Below, piece by piece: positions 11,122 through 23,800 of a stretch of DNA of 64,000 nucleotides. The stretch comes from Glycera tridactyla (lineage: Eukaryota), in NCBI GenBank assembly GCA_965644265.1, contig OZ286469.1:61628001-61692000 (forward strand). Direction: 5' to 3'. A model generated the notes under the pieces. That model was not told the DNA's origin. It did no database searches and saw nothing but the letters and a program-made list of their open reading frames with translations. Position 1 is the stretch's first letter, and each line of letters begins with the position of its first letter. A program made the translations under genes and the position numbers.

Positions 11122-13161
11122 TGGTAACAAATTTGATAGCATAGAAGTTGTGGTACAGCAATAGCAGTGAGGATTTTGTTGCTATGATGGTGCCAAAGTG
11201 CTAGTAGTGATGGTGGTGATGATATAGAATAAATTTGTGTTTGTACCCAGGTTTGAACTTATGTATAGTGATTGGAGCCACACTTGAATCATACCAGATA
11301 AATAGGTTCATGCATCATGCCTACTCACAAATGGGAGGCTATAGGAACTATATTCTCCCTGGACTTTGGAATATAGTGCATCATTAGCTGTAGAAGATGC
11401 CGAAGGCATTCTAGTGAGCCGAAGGCATGCTAGTGAGCCAGTGAAAATTTCGCATATGACATTCAGGTTGTAGCAAGCATACTTCAGTCCTCGCAGGAGT
11501 TATATATGATGAGGGAGAGGGTGTAGACACCTTGATCCATTCTGGAGCTGGTGCCTCTGAAGGGTATCAGAGTGAGCATTTCCTATTTATTGACAGGAAA
11601 TGTAATTATGAGAATGGCTTGCTGAGATATCCCATAGTGGATATTTGCCATGACTGTGTATTACTCACAAGGTCATCTTCGGAATCAATTCTGTTGTGCA
11701 GGAGGATATTTTTCCTGATACCACAGTGTATAAATCAGCCTGTATTCTGATGCGGGATACAGCTATTTAACCAACGAAGCATCTGCCATACTCAACTTTG
11801 TACGTCTCCAGTATTCCTCTATCTTTGTTGGAGCCAATTTCAGCAAAGTTGAGGTTTATGTACTATTGATAAAAGTGCACCAAGTTGCTGAATCCTGGAC
11901 GATAGTTTCCCCTTATAATTTGTAGAACTTCCGACTTTGATAGAAACGATCCTATGATCAGTTGCTCACCAAATCCCACTGTCAGAGTGGCTCCTCGTTG
12001 AAGGCAATATGAGGTTGTTTATATGCATTGCTGCTTAGTTAGAGACTGGAATGCTCTACCCCAGATAACTCCAGCCGATTTGCTGTTTGCGGCTTGCCGT
12101 GATATAAACATCGTAATTTGGATACTTTGTGGGTGGCGAAAATCCTGGGTAATCTCTGGGATTGAGAATTTCCACTAGTACAGATCTCAGCTTAAATTGA
12201 ATATTCTTGGTTGAACCATTCGCACTGGCCCTTATACCTCAATTCACATTACCTCAGATCCAAACTTTCAGCTATAGTTGCATAATATATAGACTCAAAA
12301 TGGAGACTAATGCATTGTCATGCCTTGAACATTGATATGGGATTAAGTTTCTCACACAATATAATATATAGGAGAGGGTGGTAAAACAATACGTATTAAC
12401 TATACAGAAATGATATGATGATCATCTAAAGAAAGGTAACTGTTATCCAACAAAATAGTCTTATCCCTCTAATGGCCAAGGGACAGTCTGAACTAGGAGT
12501 GAAATAGGGACTCTGCTGAGATGATTATAGACTGTGCTGCTCAAGGTGTTGACTCAAAGTTTATTGATGTCTATATTTGAATAAGGTAATGTTACCTGTC
12601 ATCCAAAACCTTATAGCTCTCTGTTAAACTCAAATATTTTTGTTTTTATTTTGGGTTGGCATTTGCTTGCATAATCACAGTTGCTTGGCAGCCTAATATG
12701 AGCCCCATGCCAATATCAGCAAGTGAAACACCTGTCCTTCACTGTTCTGTATTGATTGAATGCATACAAAAAAGACAGACTGGTAGTAGGCAGAAGTTAT
12801 GTCATCCACAAACTGTGAAGTTCCGAAACCGAAGTTCCGAAACAAGAGATTAGTGAGGTGCCTTGTTTGACAAGATGGATGTGTCACGCTTTGCAGGGCT
12901 ATCACTCAGTGTCAGGCTCATCGCTGTAGGTTTTCCTCGTTGTCGTTGGAAGGAAATCAGTGGTATAATCAGTCAGTGAGTCATTGTGAGTGTCAGCTAA
13001 TTTGTTTCCTGTCGCGAGAGAAAAACTTTCTCTGACATACACGGATTAGGAGGCAGCAAAAGGATTGTCGAAAGTTGTTGCAGGTGAGAGACATACACTG
13101 AGACTGTGAAATACATGGCTGCCAGCTTTATACAATGGAATCAGTAAAAATGTATGGATTA

Positions 13162-13350
13162 CGGTGAAACCTGTGACGAGAAACACCCCAACGAGAGACA
13201 ACCTCTGATGGCAGTCCACCTTTCCAGGGCAGCATTATGCATAGCATCTCTGTTCGAAATTTCCAAATACACCTCTGACAAAAGACCACCTCTTCTGAGA
13301 GACCACTTTTTGCTGACATTTAGAGCAGTCTCTCATCACAGGTTTTACTG
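13162..13350. mobile_element. TA-flanked MITE, diverged copy
   Basis: TA-CGGTGAAACCTGTGACGAG ... CTCATCACAGGTTTTACTG-TA. Confidence 0.85.
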
Positions 13351-15007
13351 TAGTAGCGTGCCGGAGATTTTGGGTTACCGGGATGAACAGATTCGGGCTA
13401 CTACACTTTTTGAAGTACAGTATATGATATAAGGGGAGGGTAGCATGTCCCGGCAGGAGGCCAGTCTTCTGACGAGCTCTTTGTTAGTGGCCCTCATTAG
13501 TGGTCTCATGCTGTCACACTTGCAATGGTTTATAATGGCATGGCCACTGCAGCATCACACCAAGTGTTGCCTATAACCAGTTCATCACTTATGTAGAGCT
13601 ATGATGTGATCACTGTCACACTGTATGCCTATCTGTCTGAAAAGCAAGTAATTCATCACCATCCAAATGAATTGAATTAAGTTTGGGTGATTGGTTATCT
13701 TTTTAGGGTTGAATTCTTTAATCAGCAGACAAANNNNNNNNNNNNNNNNNNNNNNNNNNNNNNNNNNNNNNNNNNNNNNNNNNNNNNNNNNNNNNNNNNN
13801 NNNNNNNNNNNNNNNNNNNNNNNNNNNNNNNNNNNNNNNNNNNNNNNNNNNNNNNNNNNNNNNNNNNNNNNNNNNNNNNNNNNNNNNATGGTGTCAACAT
13901 GGACATGGACATTATATACGGTGCTTCTATCTGCACCAGTACATTGCATGGCTAGTGTAAATACTGCGTTGTGTACCAAATTGCAATCTCGTAGCTGACC
14001 TGCCTGCTAACATAAATTACCAACTTTATGGTAATTGCGTTCTGTCATATCACCGGTGGACGGTTTATCTCCCTTGACAGTCTGCCGTGTGATTGCTTCT
14101 ACCTTTAGAGCAGAAATGAGCATGATAAAAATGCACTGTTATCATGAAGGGCTGGCGGAACAGAGCTAAAGCCTGTTCACCAAGTCTGTGAACACATCTA
14201 ACCATCAAATATTATATCATCTGTTGTACATCATAGCAGTTCCAAAACTCTGGGATTATCACCCACTCATTTTGATCTAATGAGACTCATATCAGCTACA
14301 AAGCTACAGCCAAAGGACTGTATGCTTGAGTATGTCAATCATGCACAATCTCATGCCCACAAAACACTGTGGGAATGGAATTACAATCATCAAAATACCC
14401 ATCATTCCCATGTATCTCTGAGGGTGAAGATAGTGATATATAGGAAGCAGATATTTATATGTAACTTCATTTGGAAATCACATTGATGTAGGTTTTGTTG
14501 TGTTGTGGCATATTGAACTGAGTCTAATCTATTAGATGGTTTGGTGTGTTGCTTCAGCGAGCATGCAGGCAGGCGGGCAAGGGCTTGTGGGAGATGAATA
14601 GTTGAAGGGGGCGTGATCTCCATTGGTGTATTTACCATCTATAACTGGGCTGCTTGTGTTCAATAATGGCCCGATGGCCAGCAGCCAACACAAACACCAT
14701 TAACCCTCCAACCCCAGCATGCTATTTCATCCCCATACCATCACGAATCTCATCAGGCACACTCTGTCACTTGCACCAACTGGTATCCAGGGTCAGGACG
14801 CGGTGGCCAACATTTTTTACCAGGGAAAATCCACTGAGTCGATGGAAGAACACCATCAATGGATGATAAATCTAACAGAGCCACCTCTCTTATTTGCCTG
14901 CGTGCTGCGATCATGAATTCTCAAATGTGTGGGAGTGTGTCGGACTCGAGCCACCATATTTTTCCTTCCACTAAAGTGATAGTGTAACCAAATTAATTAC
15001 CTTGCGG

Positions 15008-15010
<3 letters not shown>

Positions 15011-15049
<39 letters not shown>
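15011..15049. repeat. (TA)n microsatellite
   Basis: Directly visible. Confidence 0.97.
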
Positions 15050-15052
<3 letters not shown>

Positions 15053-15914
15053 CTCATAGCTGGACATGGCAAACTTGAATTGTTTTATATACAGTGATAC
15101 CTGTGATGAAAGACAATATTTGTAGCAGAATATCACACAATAACCTGTCAAATTTTATATTATAGTTGTCATCACCCGTATAGATAGAAAAAATTGTACC
15201 TCAAAATGTGGACCTATCACTTGGAATTTACCTAAATAAGAAGGCTGGTAGTTTTAGAGTTGTAGATATATTAATGTCGACAGGTGTTCAGTTAACTATT
15301 CAATTCATTTGGCGTGAATTCCTTGGTATGTGTTAGCCTTTTGAGTCTGATGTAGATCTATGCTGGACAGATATGAATGGATCGCCACTTGTGAGTAGTC
15401 GCTGTTGATTAGTGGGGCACATATTATTGAATTTCCCAATGCAGCAACTTCTCATCCTCAAGAGAATGCCGTCCAATATGTATGTATCAGTCCAGCATCA
15501 TTTGTGAGCCAGGAACTAGCATTCACAGTGATGCATAGCAAACAAGTTGTGGGATGGTGAATAGTGCATTGGAATGCAGCATTGCATTCTGGCATTTCAA
15601 TGTGGGAGTGTAGCAACTCGACCGCAGCAATGTATCCGCCCTTTCTCTGACAGTATTGCCAGCTTTTCAATCAAGTGCAAGATGAAATGCAAAGGCTGAG
15701 GACAAGGCAGTGGTGCCACGGGTCGGGATTATGCCTCTTGAGTGAACAATACCTTTCAGTGGCTCTTTCTGTGCTCAATTCTTTGCTGGCATTTCCCCAT
15801 TAGTCTGACAAGCAGCTATCTTTAACCCATCCATGCATGCTTCCCATGGCTTCCCATGGCTCCCATATCATGACTCCTAATCTTGCTGTGACTCAAGCAG
15901 CATCAATCCTGATA

Positions 15915-16092
15915 CAGTGAAACCTGTCTTGGGAGACCCCTCTTTTGGGAGACCACCCTGTAATGGGAGACCGCTCTTTATCGGCTCTTCCCTATTTGAC
16001 ATAGTCAAATATACCTCCAATGAGAGACCACCTCTTTTGGGAGACCACTTTTTGTTGGCGTTTGAGGCGGTCTCCCAAGACAGGTTTTACTG
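15915..16092. mobile_element. TA-flanked MITE, intact copy
   Basis: TA-CAGTGAAACCTGTCTTGGGAGACC ... GGTCTCCCAAGACAGGTTTTACTG-TA; central TATTTGAC-ATA-GTCAAATA palindrome. Confidence 0.9.
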
Positions 16093-17409
16093 TATTAGCA
16101 AACAGGGACTAAATGCAGAAGTCTGCATTTGCAGGCATTTGGAGCAGATTTTGATTGCCACTGGAATCATTTCTGATAGGGATGTGGTCAGAGGCCTTCT
16201 GGGTAAGGGCTGGGAAATCTCCATAGAGATCTTGACAGACATTTGAATCAGCATTTCAGGTATTTCAGGTGGAATAGTTTCCATGCTGATTGTAGGATGG
16301 AAATTACTTCATTTGATTCTGTGCTACTTGGATGTTATTTTGTCCAAATTTGTGACAGTCAGCCCACCTTTCTATCCATCTTACTGGTCTCGGCAATCAC
16401 ATGAGCGGTATCAATGTCTATTTGAATTCGTCCTCATCATCAGTCTGGAAAACATGTTTGCGGCCTCACTAGTATCCAAAAAGAGGAACTCAAGATGGAG
16501 ATTTTGTATGTGAGCACCGTCATGTACATCTAAAACATTGAATATTATTCATTCCCTAGTATATGTCATGGAACAATTTCCAAATTTTCACGTATGGGAG
16601 AAAAAGTCTAGCATCGTGATTTGTACATTTCATTGGTGTATCGTGAGACAGAGTTTCATCCAAGTCCAGCATTGTTTTTAGAATGCTGACCAGAGTGGTC
16701 GCTTAGACTGAAGTGTACGTTCAGTTGAGAAGAAGTAGGAAAACAAAAGTGTTTGGTTCATGCGTGGTATTGTGTGTGGGATATCCAGTTTGCTGGCACA
16801 GTGGCCAGTGGCAAATCTTTGCCCTGCACGCTATTCTGCAGATACATTACACCATTGTCTCTGCGGGACTGCCAGGCTACAGGCTTGGCCATTCACTTAA
16901 GACCTGTCCCCTGATGTGAAATATGACCACTGCCATACATATCCTGTTTCTATCCAGGCAATCAGTGTGGAGAGCATATATGCTCATGTCAGAATTCCCC
17001 CTGTCCATCCCCTATTTTGGATTATTTCTACCGCCTATAATGGGAATAATTGTAAAAAATTCTCCCAAGACATGTCGGCCGCATTCATACATGTCCTATA
17101 ACCTTCCATTAATCACTATTCTTGTACTTTATCCAGAGTTTGTGGAGTTGCTTTGCCTGAGACATGATGTTAACATGGCCAATTCCAGCCCTCATATATG
17201 TGGGATATATCCCATATTTATATAGATGTCAGCTTTGGCCAATCAGCAGGGCTCTCAGCTAGATTAAATAAGGCATGTTATCAAACAGATGAGCATCGAG
17301 AGCGAAGTGAACAAACTTGGCATACAGCTCAATGCACTACTCACTTGGGTCGGTGCTCTTGAAGAGTCATGTATTGATACCAGTGATGTGATAGTAGTTT
17401 GTCAGGGAA

Positions 17410-17780
17410 ACTTTCTCCAGCTTGCCTTGTATAATTCAGCTTTGTTGAAGATATGTTAGGCATTTCTCAATCACTCAATTGCCTCTTGTTTCACATAATC
17501 AAGCTTGGCTTGAGAAAATTTACAAAGCAGTTCTCAATCACTCACTCTCTCCCTGCCCTGTATAATTTGCCTTGGCTTGAGGATATGTTAAGTACTTCTC
17601 AATCACTCAATCTGTTCCTGCCTCATAAGACACAGCTTGGCTTGCTGATATGTTGGGCTTTTCTCAATCACTCAGTCCCTCCCTGTCTCATACATACAGC
17701 TCACCTCCCCCCCCCCCCCCCCCATATATTTGAGCTTTGCTTGAGGAGATGATAATTATTTCTCAATCACTCAATCTATG
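17410..17780. repeat. Degenerate ~65-bp minisatellite anchored on TTCTCAATCACTCA
   Basis: Anchor at 17464, 17531, 17596, 17661 and 17760. Confidence 0.85.
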
Positions 17781-19075
17781 CACCATTCTACTTGAGTAGA
17801 TTAGTACAATAATTCACTTCTAACAACCAGCATGATCAATTCATTCATGCTGTCCACAATCTGAGATAAGTGGAGATATAGGGGATGATGGTTCTCTACT
17901 CTGTTTTGTAGTCATTATCATGATCTTCCCCTTGATGCAGGCAATTTTAGGTGAATCTGATAATGGATAATTCAGGGATATTCCTAGGCAGTGCCTTTGT
18001 GCACAGGCATATCTTCTGAACTAAAGGAACATTCTTCATATGGAAATGTGCCAACTTTTCACTCATTTTTGAGAAGTATTTCCCAAACACCACTGATACA
18101 ACTCAAAAGTATGTTCATTAAAAGAGGACTTTGCTGTCTAATTCTCAGAAGTGAGCTTTCATTCTGAAAATCTGACATTCATATCTGGGCCACCTGAGTG
18201 CATGAGTAGTGATAAAAGATCTCCATATTTCTTTGGTCAGGAATGTGAATTATGGCTTGTCAAAATCTGTAGCAGGAGCCATTTGGATGTGCCAAATTAG
18301 AATGGGAAGTTTTCCATCACTGCAAAAATACCTGGAGTTGGCAAAGTTGATGAATTACTTTACTATTGGATTTGTTTGTGGGCCTAACTTTCCTGTCCAG
18401 GAACTCTTGTTTCTCAATTTTTCATTGAATTTTCCATCTTGTCCCTTTTCTGGCATCACATACAAAGCGTTTTTGGCAGTCATGTTGGTGTGTTCAGCTG
18501 GGTGATGGTATCAGCTTCCTGTGTGTGTATATAGGAGAGTGTGGAGAATTCTGGTGATGTACGCACACTTAGGCTGCATTGGGATGTAATCAAAGCATAT
18601 CAGCCACACATCAGCCTGCCCATTCTCCTCAATAGCTCCTCAAGTTTTATTGGCACTCTGGTGGAAAGAAAGGAGAGCTTGTTTTTTCGGGCATTATCTC
18701 GAAAATATTGGAAAGGTTGCTAGGCGTGGAATGAGAGTTGGATTGTGTGGAGGTTGCCATAGAGAGTATTGAAATTCCACCTATGCCTTTGAGTTTGTAT
18801 TCGCTTCTTTGTGATGCTTCTTGATCTCCTGTTTGGAGAGTGGCGGCAGTGAGTTAATTGAGTGCTTTTCGGAGTGAACACAATACAAATCAAACAGAGG
18901 CAGTGGGTAGTCTTGCTGATGAGCACCATGCCAGAAAAGGTGTGGTGGCACGGACTGATAATCAAAGATAATCAAATGGACTAATCATCAGGCATTCATA
19001 TTACCTAATATGATATGTCCTCATTAGTACCATTGGTCCCGCGCTGGGTGAGCTGATTGATTGGAAGGGCACATG

Positions 19076-19131
19076 TCTGCCTGCCTGCCTGCCTGCCTGT
19101 CCGTCCGTCTGTCTGTCAGTCCGTCCGTTCA

Positions 19132-19170
<39 letters not shown>

Positions 19171-19219
19171 GTCTCTCTGTCTCTCTGTCTCTCTGTCTCT
19201 CTGTCTCTCTGTCTTTGTC
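19076..19219. repeat. Compound (CCTG)/(TCTG)/(TCTCTCTG) microsatellite running into an N-gap
   Basis: Directly visible. Confidence 0.95.
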
Positions 19220-20931
19220 NNNNNNNNNNNNNNNNNNNNNNNNNNNNNNNNNNNNNNNNNNNNNNNNNNNNNNNNNNNNNNNNNNNNNNNNNNNNNNNNN
19301 NNNNNNNNNNNNNNNNNNNNNNNNNNNNNNNNNNNNNNNNNNNNNNNNNNNNNNNNNNNNNNNNNNNNNNNNNNNNNNNNNNNNNNNNNNNNNNNNNNNN
19401 NNNNNNNNNNNNNNNNNNNNNNNNNNNNNNNNNNNNNNNNNNNNNNNNNNNNNATAGATGCACATGATTATTCTCACATGTGTGTGCATGTGATTATACA
19501 TAGATTAGTTGGAATACCCCAGTATCAATTAGTGGCCAGACATCATGTTCCGGGCCAGCTGTGCATCACCAATTAGCATCCCTAGCATCTGTCATCAATA
19601 CATGCTAGACATCATCTGCAGGTGCCACCTCATCAAAACTACACCATATGGATTGTACAATTGTTTGTCATGTATAGACATGTATTGATGATATTTCTGT
19701 GGTACAGGTTCGGTTTATCAAGTCAAACATGTTTGGGAACACCAACGTAAATGCCATGGACATTTGCTTACAATGATCCAAAATTATCACACCCATGCCC
19801 TTTGGGCATTTTGATACAGCCCAGGTGGTGCTCGGAGGATGTAAACTGACTGACTGACCGACCAACTGAATGACCTACAGACCAACTGAATGACCTACTG
19901 AGCAACCAACCGACCCAAAACTATTGAAAGATTCCAGGTCAAGAGAATTTGGCCTTCACTCATGAGATATGCTTCTTTGACGGTGATTTCAGGCAGGTTA
20001 GATTCAATTTGCATTTCGTGAAAAAGAAACCTATGATAGTAAAATTAGTCTTCCTGCATCTATCAGGCAAACCAGAATGAGTGAGTGATGAACTTGGAGC
20101 AGTGCACAGGGTTCCATCACCCTTTGTATTTTTAGCCATCTTCATGTACATAATGCCCATTCATCTAGCTAAGAAGTTGGTTGCTGTTTTCTAGCCCAAC
20201 AAAAATATTGTGCTGTGTGTTGGCTTTATGCTATGTTGATATATTGTAGCAGTGTGCCTAGGGTCAGCAACATCTCAAGGAAGCCTGTCAGCTAGACTTG
20301 TGTAGGAGCAAGGAGGTGCTTCATCTTACTGAGATGCTTTATGGCACAGACAAAAACACATTGATGTTATTACCAAGCGAAACCTCAATCTCATCATATA
20401 AACTCAGATTCACCTGTCAGGTTATTCTTCAACGAACATCTTTTCGAGGGTGTTATCTATTACTCACATAGCTCCTGTAATCTGCAACACGAGTAAGTTG
20501 AAGAATATGTGAAATCTTTGAATAAGCCACTTCTTGCTTGAAATATGGTTGCCAATTAAAGGTAGTCTCATCCAGTGGCTTTTAGGCCGATGATTGTTTC
20601 GAATTGTTTTCTCTGTTTGTTGGATAAGTAGCATACTGAAAATACTGGATGAATCATCTCATACTGGTGCGGTTTCAGTGCTGAAATCATCCTTGTGGAT
20701 GCAGTTCTAACTTGAGGCTGACTGGAGATCACCGCCCACACTTTGACTGAAGTCAGAAAAGAAAAAAATGGTAAATTTGTTTGACTGAGAAATCAATATA
20801 AGCATTATTCAAACATGTAAAAAAAAAAACAATGTGATCATTCTAGAGAAGTCTTTTTTTCTATCATTGTTCACATGCTTGTCACCATCATCATCTTCTT
20901 CTGACAACTGATCTTTGGGAGAAGGTTCCTA

Positions 20932-21101
20932 GAGTCAAACTTGTCCATAAAGACCACCCTTGATCACATAGTCTTCCTAATAAGTTGGCTCTTACTGTGA
21001 ATTCGTTAAATGTAGAAAATAATAACATGTTCACCTTTCATGGTAGCCATTGTAGGCAGGTGGCCTTTGTATTGAGGTGGTCTTGCAATCAGGTTCAATT
21101 G
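20932..21101. mobile_element. Degenerate TA-MITE (AGTCAAAC...AAAGACCACC type)
   Basis: Decayed termini and AAGACCACC / GGTGGTCTT motifs; similar copy at ~21631-21806. Confidence 0.6.
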
Positions 21102-21223
21102 TATTTTGATCAGGTCCCACTTTCCCATGATAAGGACATAGTAATTACATAGAAAACTCTTTGTGCCCAATCCGGGTTTTCTTTTCCCGGTTTGTCATTT
21201 TAAAACATTTCTAGTTTGATATA

Positions 21224-21400
21224 CAGTAAAACCTGTCTTAAGTGAAAAGTCACGGGACCAACTTTTTCTTCCACTTAAGACAGGATTTTGCTTAGCGCAG
21301 GACAATTATAGTGAGAAAAAAACATCCGGGCAGACCATGGGGTATGTGCTTAAGACAGGATTTCGCCTAGCACAGGTTTACACTCAAGCAGGTTTTACTG
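21224..21400. mobile_element. TA-flanked MITE, related subfamily with different interior
   Basis: TA-CAGTAAAACCTG ... CAGGTTTTACTG-TA; internal CTTAAGACAGGATTT repeats. Confidence 0.85.
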
Positions 21401-21630
21401 TACTTTCTATACTATGGGAACTCAATGCAGATATTGGTATATGAAATTCATTTGATTTTCAGATAGTCACCCCTACAGAAGGCAGAGGGGCTGATTTGCT
21501 TGAATGGAATCATCTGTGTTTCAGGCCACACACAAGGCTTAGAATAAGAAACATGCGTGTGGAATCCCTGGCGCTGGGCATACCAACTCTCTATTCTGAA
21601 AATCAACCTCAATGGGAAAATATAGAAGTG

Positions 21631-21806
21631 CAGTCAAACCTGCTCTAAAGATCACCTCTATAAAGACCACCTGCCAATAAAGAACACCCTGAGCTGCGAC
21701 TGTGATAGTATTCTCAACAGTAAATGACCTCTTTATGAAGGTCACCTGTCTGTAAAGACCACTTTCTGATCTAACCAAAGATGGTCTCTATTGACAAGTT
21801 CAAGTG
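21631..21806. mobile_element. Degenerate TA-MITE
   Basis: CAGTCAAACCTGCTCTAAAGATCACC, repeated AAAGACCAC, ends GGTCTCTATTGACAAGTTCAAGTG-TA. Confidence 0.65.
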
Positions 21807-23657
21807 TAGCTCATAATACTGACTGAAGACGGTCCTCCCAGGATCATGATATGGAGACATACCTGAAGCCTCCAAGGAGCATTAGGTGCATGGCAAATTC
21901 TCATCGCATGATGCATTTATGAATTCATCTTGATCACTGATCTGGATGGCAGGAATACCTTGGATGTGGCTTGTAGTCAAGCAGGCATGTCTGTAGTGAG
22001 GCCTGGCCTATCTTCCCTGCAGTCAATAGGCAAGAATGGCAGGCAGGTCGCCCTACGCGTTGGTCACTCTGACAGCTTGCGGAAATTAAAGAGGAGCTTT
22101 TTGACGTAGTCGATCAGTGGTGAAGCACGGCCATAAATAGAGAAGTACAAGTGCATGATTACCAGGTTTAACCCTCAAACAGCCATAGTCATGTACTAAA
22201 TATTCACCATATTTTGCTCACAGGTCTTTTGTTCATCTCAAGACTGTGGCAGATAGTTCAGCAACTGTACAATTCTATGAAATATGCTTCCTGCAAATCT
22301 TTGCAATGGCACATCTTTAACTTAAAACAAACATGTCAGTCACAGTGATATTACATAGGCAAAACTGTAACTGCACTACATTGAAACTTTGTGCCCTATC
22401 ACAGTACAAGAGTTTCTATATATAACTTTGTGAATTCTATAAATGTTGTAGATTCACATTGACAAAAGAGTTGGTGATGAAAGAGTTGATGTCACAAAAG
22501 CTGTGATCAAAGGTCAGCGATAAAAGACGTACTCTGTGATGATCTTGTCGCGATTCGCACTATCAGCAGGGCAGGTTTCCGTTTCTTCGTCCGATGAATG
22601 CGTGCTGCCACTTAGGCTCACAAGTCTTGGGAGCCTTGCCCTCCATGGGCAAATCATATCATCTTCAGCCGATAGTGCAAATTAGCCCAGGCATTCAGCC
22701 CAGCCTGATTCAAGAGTGTGCAAGCATGCTGGGGGTCTCCCTGAAAGTGTCCTCCATGAATAGCCGTGCACACTCCAGGGTACAATGGGAGCACTCAATG
22801 ATGGCAACAACTCGTTTTGATTGACACTTTATTTTGATCCAATCATTCCTGCTTTGAATATTCAATCGAGAGTTCTGTAGCAGGAGACTGCAGTTCATTC
22901 AGATTGATCAATCCATGTAATATTTCAGGTGACAGAATGGGCCAAGATATGAAGATCAAGCCAAATCTTTGAAGTATCTTGACAAACCCAATTTCCCCAA
23001 AAGCAAGGATCAGCTAAAGGGATAAAGCAGTTCAGAATAAAAGTCTGTCCATCCTATCTCTGATCTTATTTTGGGCAATGTTTGAAGGGGCTCCATCTTC
23101 CCACACCCCCTCCCCAAGCCAGATCCAGGCTCAAAAAGCATTCACAGTGAGTAAAAGTTTACTTCTTAAAAGAATCTTAAATATGAAACTTCCCTGATGA
23201 AGTCTGAAGAAGTACAGATTCCAAAGTCAGGCCAGAAAAGGAGGTTGTCTTGAGTTGGTTGAAATCATAAGATCTTCATCCTGAAGCTTGTATATTGGAA
23301 ACATGTAAGACAAGTACAGAAGCATACCCCTATAAATTCTTTTGGGAGAGAACAGAATCACTATCATGGAACACCTACAATTGAACTCATCCAAATGAAT
23401 GAGAGTATAATGTGATGATTGATACATGATTTGAGATTTGTGAAGTTGGGTCTGAGGAAAGTTATCAGCTGACCAAGGTCAGGGGTAGATGGCTCATTCA
23501 TGAGTGTATAAGGTACATTATCAGAGATTATTATCGGACTCCAGATCTCTCAATCCATCATAATCATCATAGGAGACAAGTGGATCTACTGGATCATGGA
23601 CTTGTCCATGTTCACACATCTGTGACCAGTTTAGTATCCCAAATTGTAGAATGAATT

Positions 23658-23800
23658 GGCTAGGTGGTTGGTGCCATGCTGAAGATCCCGGCTTCAAATC
23701 CACAAGAAATAGGATGGTTTTTGAAAATGTAATTTTTGCATTTCAATGGTGTATCGTGAAACATATAATTTCATCTATGAATAAAATGGTTTCTGCACTG
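23658..23800 (+). mobile_element. tRNA-derived SINE, 5'-truncated second copy
   Basis: GGCTAGGTGGTTGGTGCCATGCTGAAGATCCCGGCTTCAAATCCACAAGA aligns by eye with 2779-2868. Confidence 0.7.

Noticed and set aside
19001-19576. Long ORFs spanning N-runs (also at 2.0, 9.9, 13.7 and 25.1 kb)
   Set aside because: Artefacts of assembly gaps.
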